Of a DNA stretch of 30,625 nucleotides, positions 28,716-30,625 are shown in pieces. The DNA is taken from the NCBI GenBank assembly GCA_035250975.1, contig DATFEP010000074.1:1-30625 (forward strand), given 5' to 3'. Position 1 is the first letter of the stretch, and each line of letters opens with the position of its first letter. The translations under genes were made by a program, and so were the position numbers. The DNA is from Nitrososphaeraceae archaeon. GTDB taxonomy: Archaea; Thermoproteota; Nitrososphaeria; Nitrososphaerales; Nitrososphaeraceae. The notes beneath the pieces were generated by a model, which was not told the DNA's origin, did not search any database, and worked only from the letters and a program-made list of their open reading frames with translations.

Positions 28716-28747
28716 GGTTAGTACTACTTCGGGTTAGTACTAATTCG
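28716..28747. repeat. 16-bp tandem repeat with palindromic TAGTACTA cores
   Basis: GGTTAGTACTACTTCG followed by GGTTAGTACTAATTCG. Confidence 0.8.
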
Positions 28748-29196
28748 GTGATGTTGTATAAATAAAGCCTGTTTATGAAACTGGTTTTCTGCAAGATTAA
28801 GAAAAAAATGGTTTTATCATCGTTATGACATGATTTTTGTTGTTTATATCCATAGATTTGGTTCTATCAGTAATTTTTAATAAAATATCCTGTCAATCGA
28901 TCAATCAAAGGTCATGCCAAATGTAGTGCTGACCTATCACAATTTTATTTCGTAATGTGATATAAATTAGTTAAACGTATTATACTCTGCACTTTTTTTA
29001 GAATTAAAAAATAATATTGTAGATATCAAATAACAAGAGCACTACCACACAGCAACCAAATTCATAGTATGGTAGGTGAAGGCAGGGTATTTTTTTTTAT
29101 AGCCGAACAATAGCTATTCAGTAAGTCATTATACAGGCCCAAAAATTTAGAATTTATCATTTTCACTTATTATGATATATTTGTATTAAATTATCT

Positions 29197-30078
29197 TTAA
29201 AACCTTCTTAGTATTTTGGGCTTTAACATTTCAGGGTGATTTTTCAGATTTCTAATTAAATTTAAAATGTTGTCTTTGTCCTCAGGAAGAGTCCCTTTAA
29301 TTGAATATACATTTGATGCATGATTTGCCCTGAAAATTATTGGTCTGAAAGGATTTATAATGGAAATAAGTCTGTCCAATTCGTCCAATATTTGGATATC
29401 ATCCAGGAAAGTAAATGGTTCATTATATTTAGCCATGAATTCCTCATATACTCCCTCTTCTAGGTGAAGATTTAGTGCACCAACGTAATCTGGTGAAATT
29501 TCTCCAAGAATCTTTGCGGTATCTTCAATATGATCATTTGTGTAGGTTGTGCCACCCAAGCCAAGTATAACCATACAAGACAAAATGAAGTCGTTATTTC
29601 TAGCCTTATTGCAAGCTTGTACAATGCTTTTATAGGTCGCTCCTTTGGTAACTTTTTTTAATACAATATCGTTTCCACTCTCGAGACCAACATAGAACAT
29701 GTTTAGACCTGCTTTTTTTAACAATTGTAGTTCGTTATCCGATTTTTGTAGCAAATTTTTCGGCATAGCATATGAAGAAACTCTTTCTAGCGACGGAAAC
29801 TTCTGATACAAATAATCTAGAATCTGTGTTAATCTCTCGACAGATAAATTGAGAGCATCACCATCAGCAAGAAAAATTCTAGTTGTTTCCGGATAGTATT
29901 TTGAGGAAATATCTATTTCCATCTTTATCTCTTCCCATGGCCTCTCAGAATAATCCTTTGTTCTATACATATTACAAAATGAGCATTTGTTGAATGAACA
30001 ACCCAAAGTTACCTGAAAGATCATAGAATTGGCTTCTGAAGGAGGTCGATAAACAGGGTAATCATAATTTAATTCCAA
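29197..30078 (-). CDS. Radical SAM protein of unknown function
   Basis: YRPPSEA, GCSFNKCSFCNMY (Cx4Cx2C), FLADGDA, YVGLESG and FRANHASN motifs. Confidence 0.9.
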   Translation of the reverse strand: MELNYDYPVYRPPSEANSMIFQVTLGCSFNKCSFCNMYRTKDYSERPWEEIKMEIDISSKYYPETTRIFLADGDALNLSVERLTQILDYLYQKFPSLERVSSYAMPKNLLQKSDNELQLLKKAGLNMFYVGLESGNDIVLKKVTKGATYKSIVQACNKARNNDFILSCMVILGLGGTTYTNDHIEDTAKILGEISPDYVGALNLHLEEGVYEEFMAKYNEPFTFLDDIQILDELDRLISIINPFRPIIFRANHASNVYSIKGTLPEDKDNILNLIRNLKNHPEMLKPKILRRF

Positions 30079-30480
30079 TACATAAAGTTAAAAACATCGA
30101 CGATATTTATTATTTTTCAAGCTAATAATCTTAAAAATGTTTGTAATTGATGAAATCCGTATAATGCAATTATGTTAATAAAAATAGACCTTAATAATAT
30201 GAAATGATAATATGTTCTTGCAATTAAATCAATAAAATGTATTAATTTGGTGTAACTATTTGATCAAAAAAGTAAACAAACCTTCATTAAAAACATGTGA
30301 GTTTATTTTATTAATAATCTTATATGTTTAAAAGATCTAAATATAGGTAAAATATATTTTGAGTGTCAATATTGATAATATATTCATCTGTCTTATTCTT
30401 GGAATCAAAAACTGAAGTAGTTTTGCAAATAAATAAATTATCTTGATGATATATTATATTTAGGGGTTGATCGAGTACAA

Positions 30481-30625
30481 ATGTTAAAAGAATTAATAAA
30501 TCCTTCAAATTTTAACCTTCTGGTAAGCAAGGTTAGCGATGTATTAGTTAACGCTCTTGATCAACCATTAGGGTATGCAATAAACTGGGGAAGAATTTGG
30601 TCCCTATGGCCAGTTCATCTTGAAA
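30481..30625 (+). CDS. nuoB: Second complex I subunit B, 5' part (truncated by window end)
   Basis: MLKELINPSNFNLLVSKVSDVLVNALDQPLGYAINWGRIWSLWPVHLE is the NuoB NWxRxxSLWP segment that precedes the ACC motif. TTATAT at 30454-30459; no nuoA upstream. Confidence 0.85.
   Translation, partial: MLKELINPSNFNLLVSKVSDVLVNALDQPLGYAINWGRIWSLWPVHLE

Noticed and set aside
24524-28747. Short repeats as a CRISPR array
   Set aside because: Only two abutting units in each case, no spacers and no cas genes.
30320-30508. 62-aa minus ORF
   Set aside because: Overlaps the nuoB promoter and start on the opposite strand; it is not nuoA.

Overview
AT-rich archaeal chromosomal segment from an ammonia-oxidising archaeon (Nitrososphaerota). 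Low GC and the gene families present suggest Nitrososphaeraceae, probably Ca. Nitrosocosmicus-like; this is inference. Bases 1-10.4 kb carry a complex I-like operon, nuo(B)CDHIJKMLN, with no nuoEFG. It is followed by a trans-prenyltransferase, a tRNA-Glu(TTC) with a non-canonical D-loop intron, a CADD/PqqC-like diiron protein and tRNA-Ile2(CAT). About 12.9-26.4 kb is a decaying accessory region. It holds three paralogues of a Q/N-rich phasin-like family (one broken), a stand-alone Lrp/AsnC domain, two C2H2 zinc-finger microproteins, a 39-aa seven-Cys microprotein, dodecin, an IS5 element inserted in a phytoene-desaturase-like pseudogene, an older IS5 relic and a secreted intradiol-dioxygenase pseudogene. 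The right end has HTH-CBS, aRF1 and a radical SAM gene. It then ends in the 5' part of a second, nuoA-less nuoB, so both window ends lie inside directly oriented nuoB sequences.
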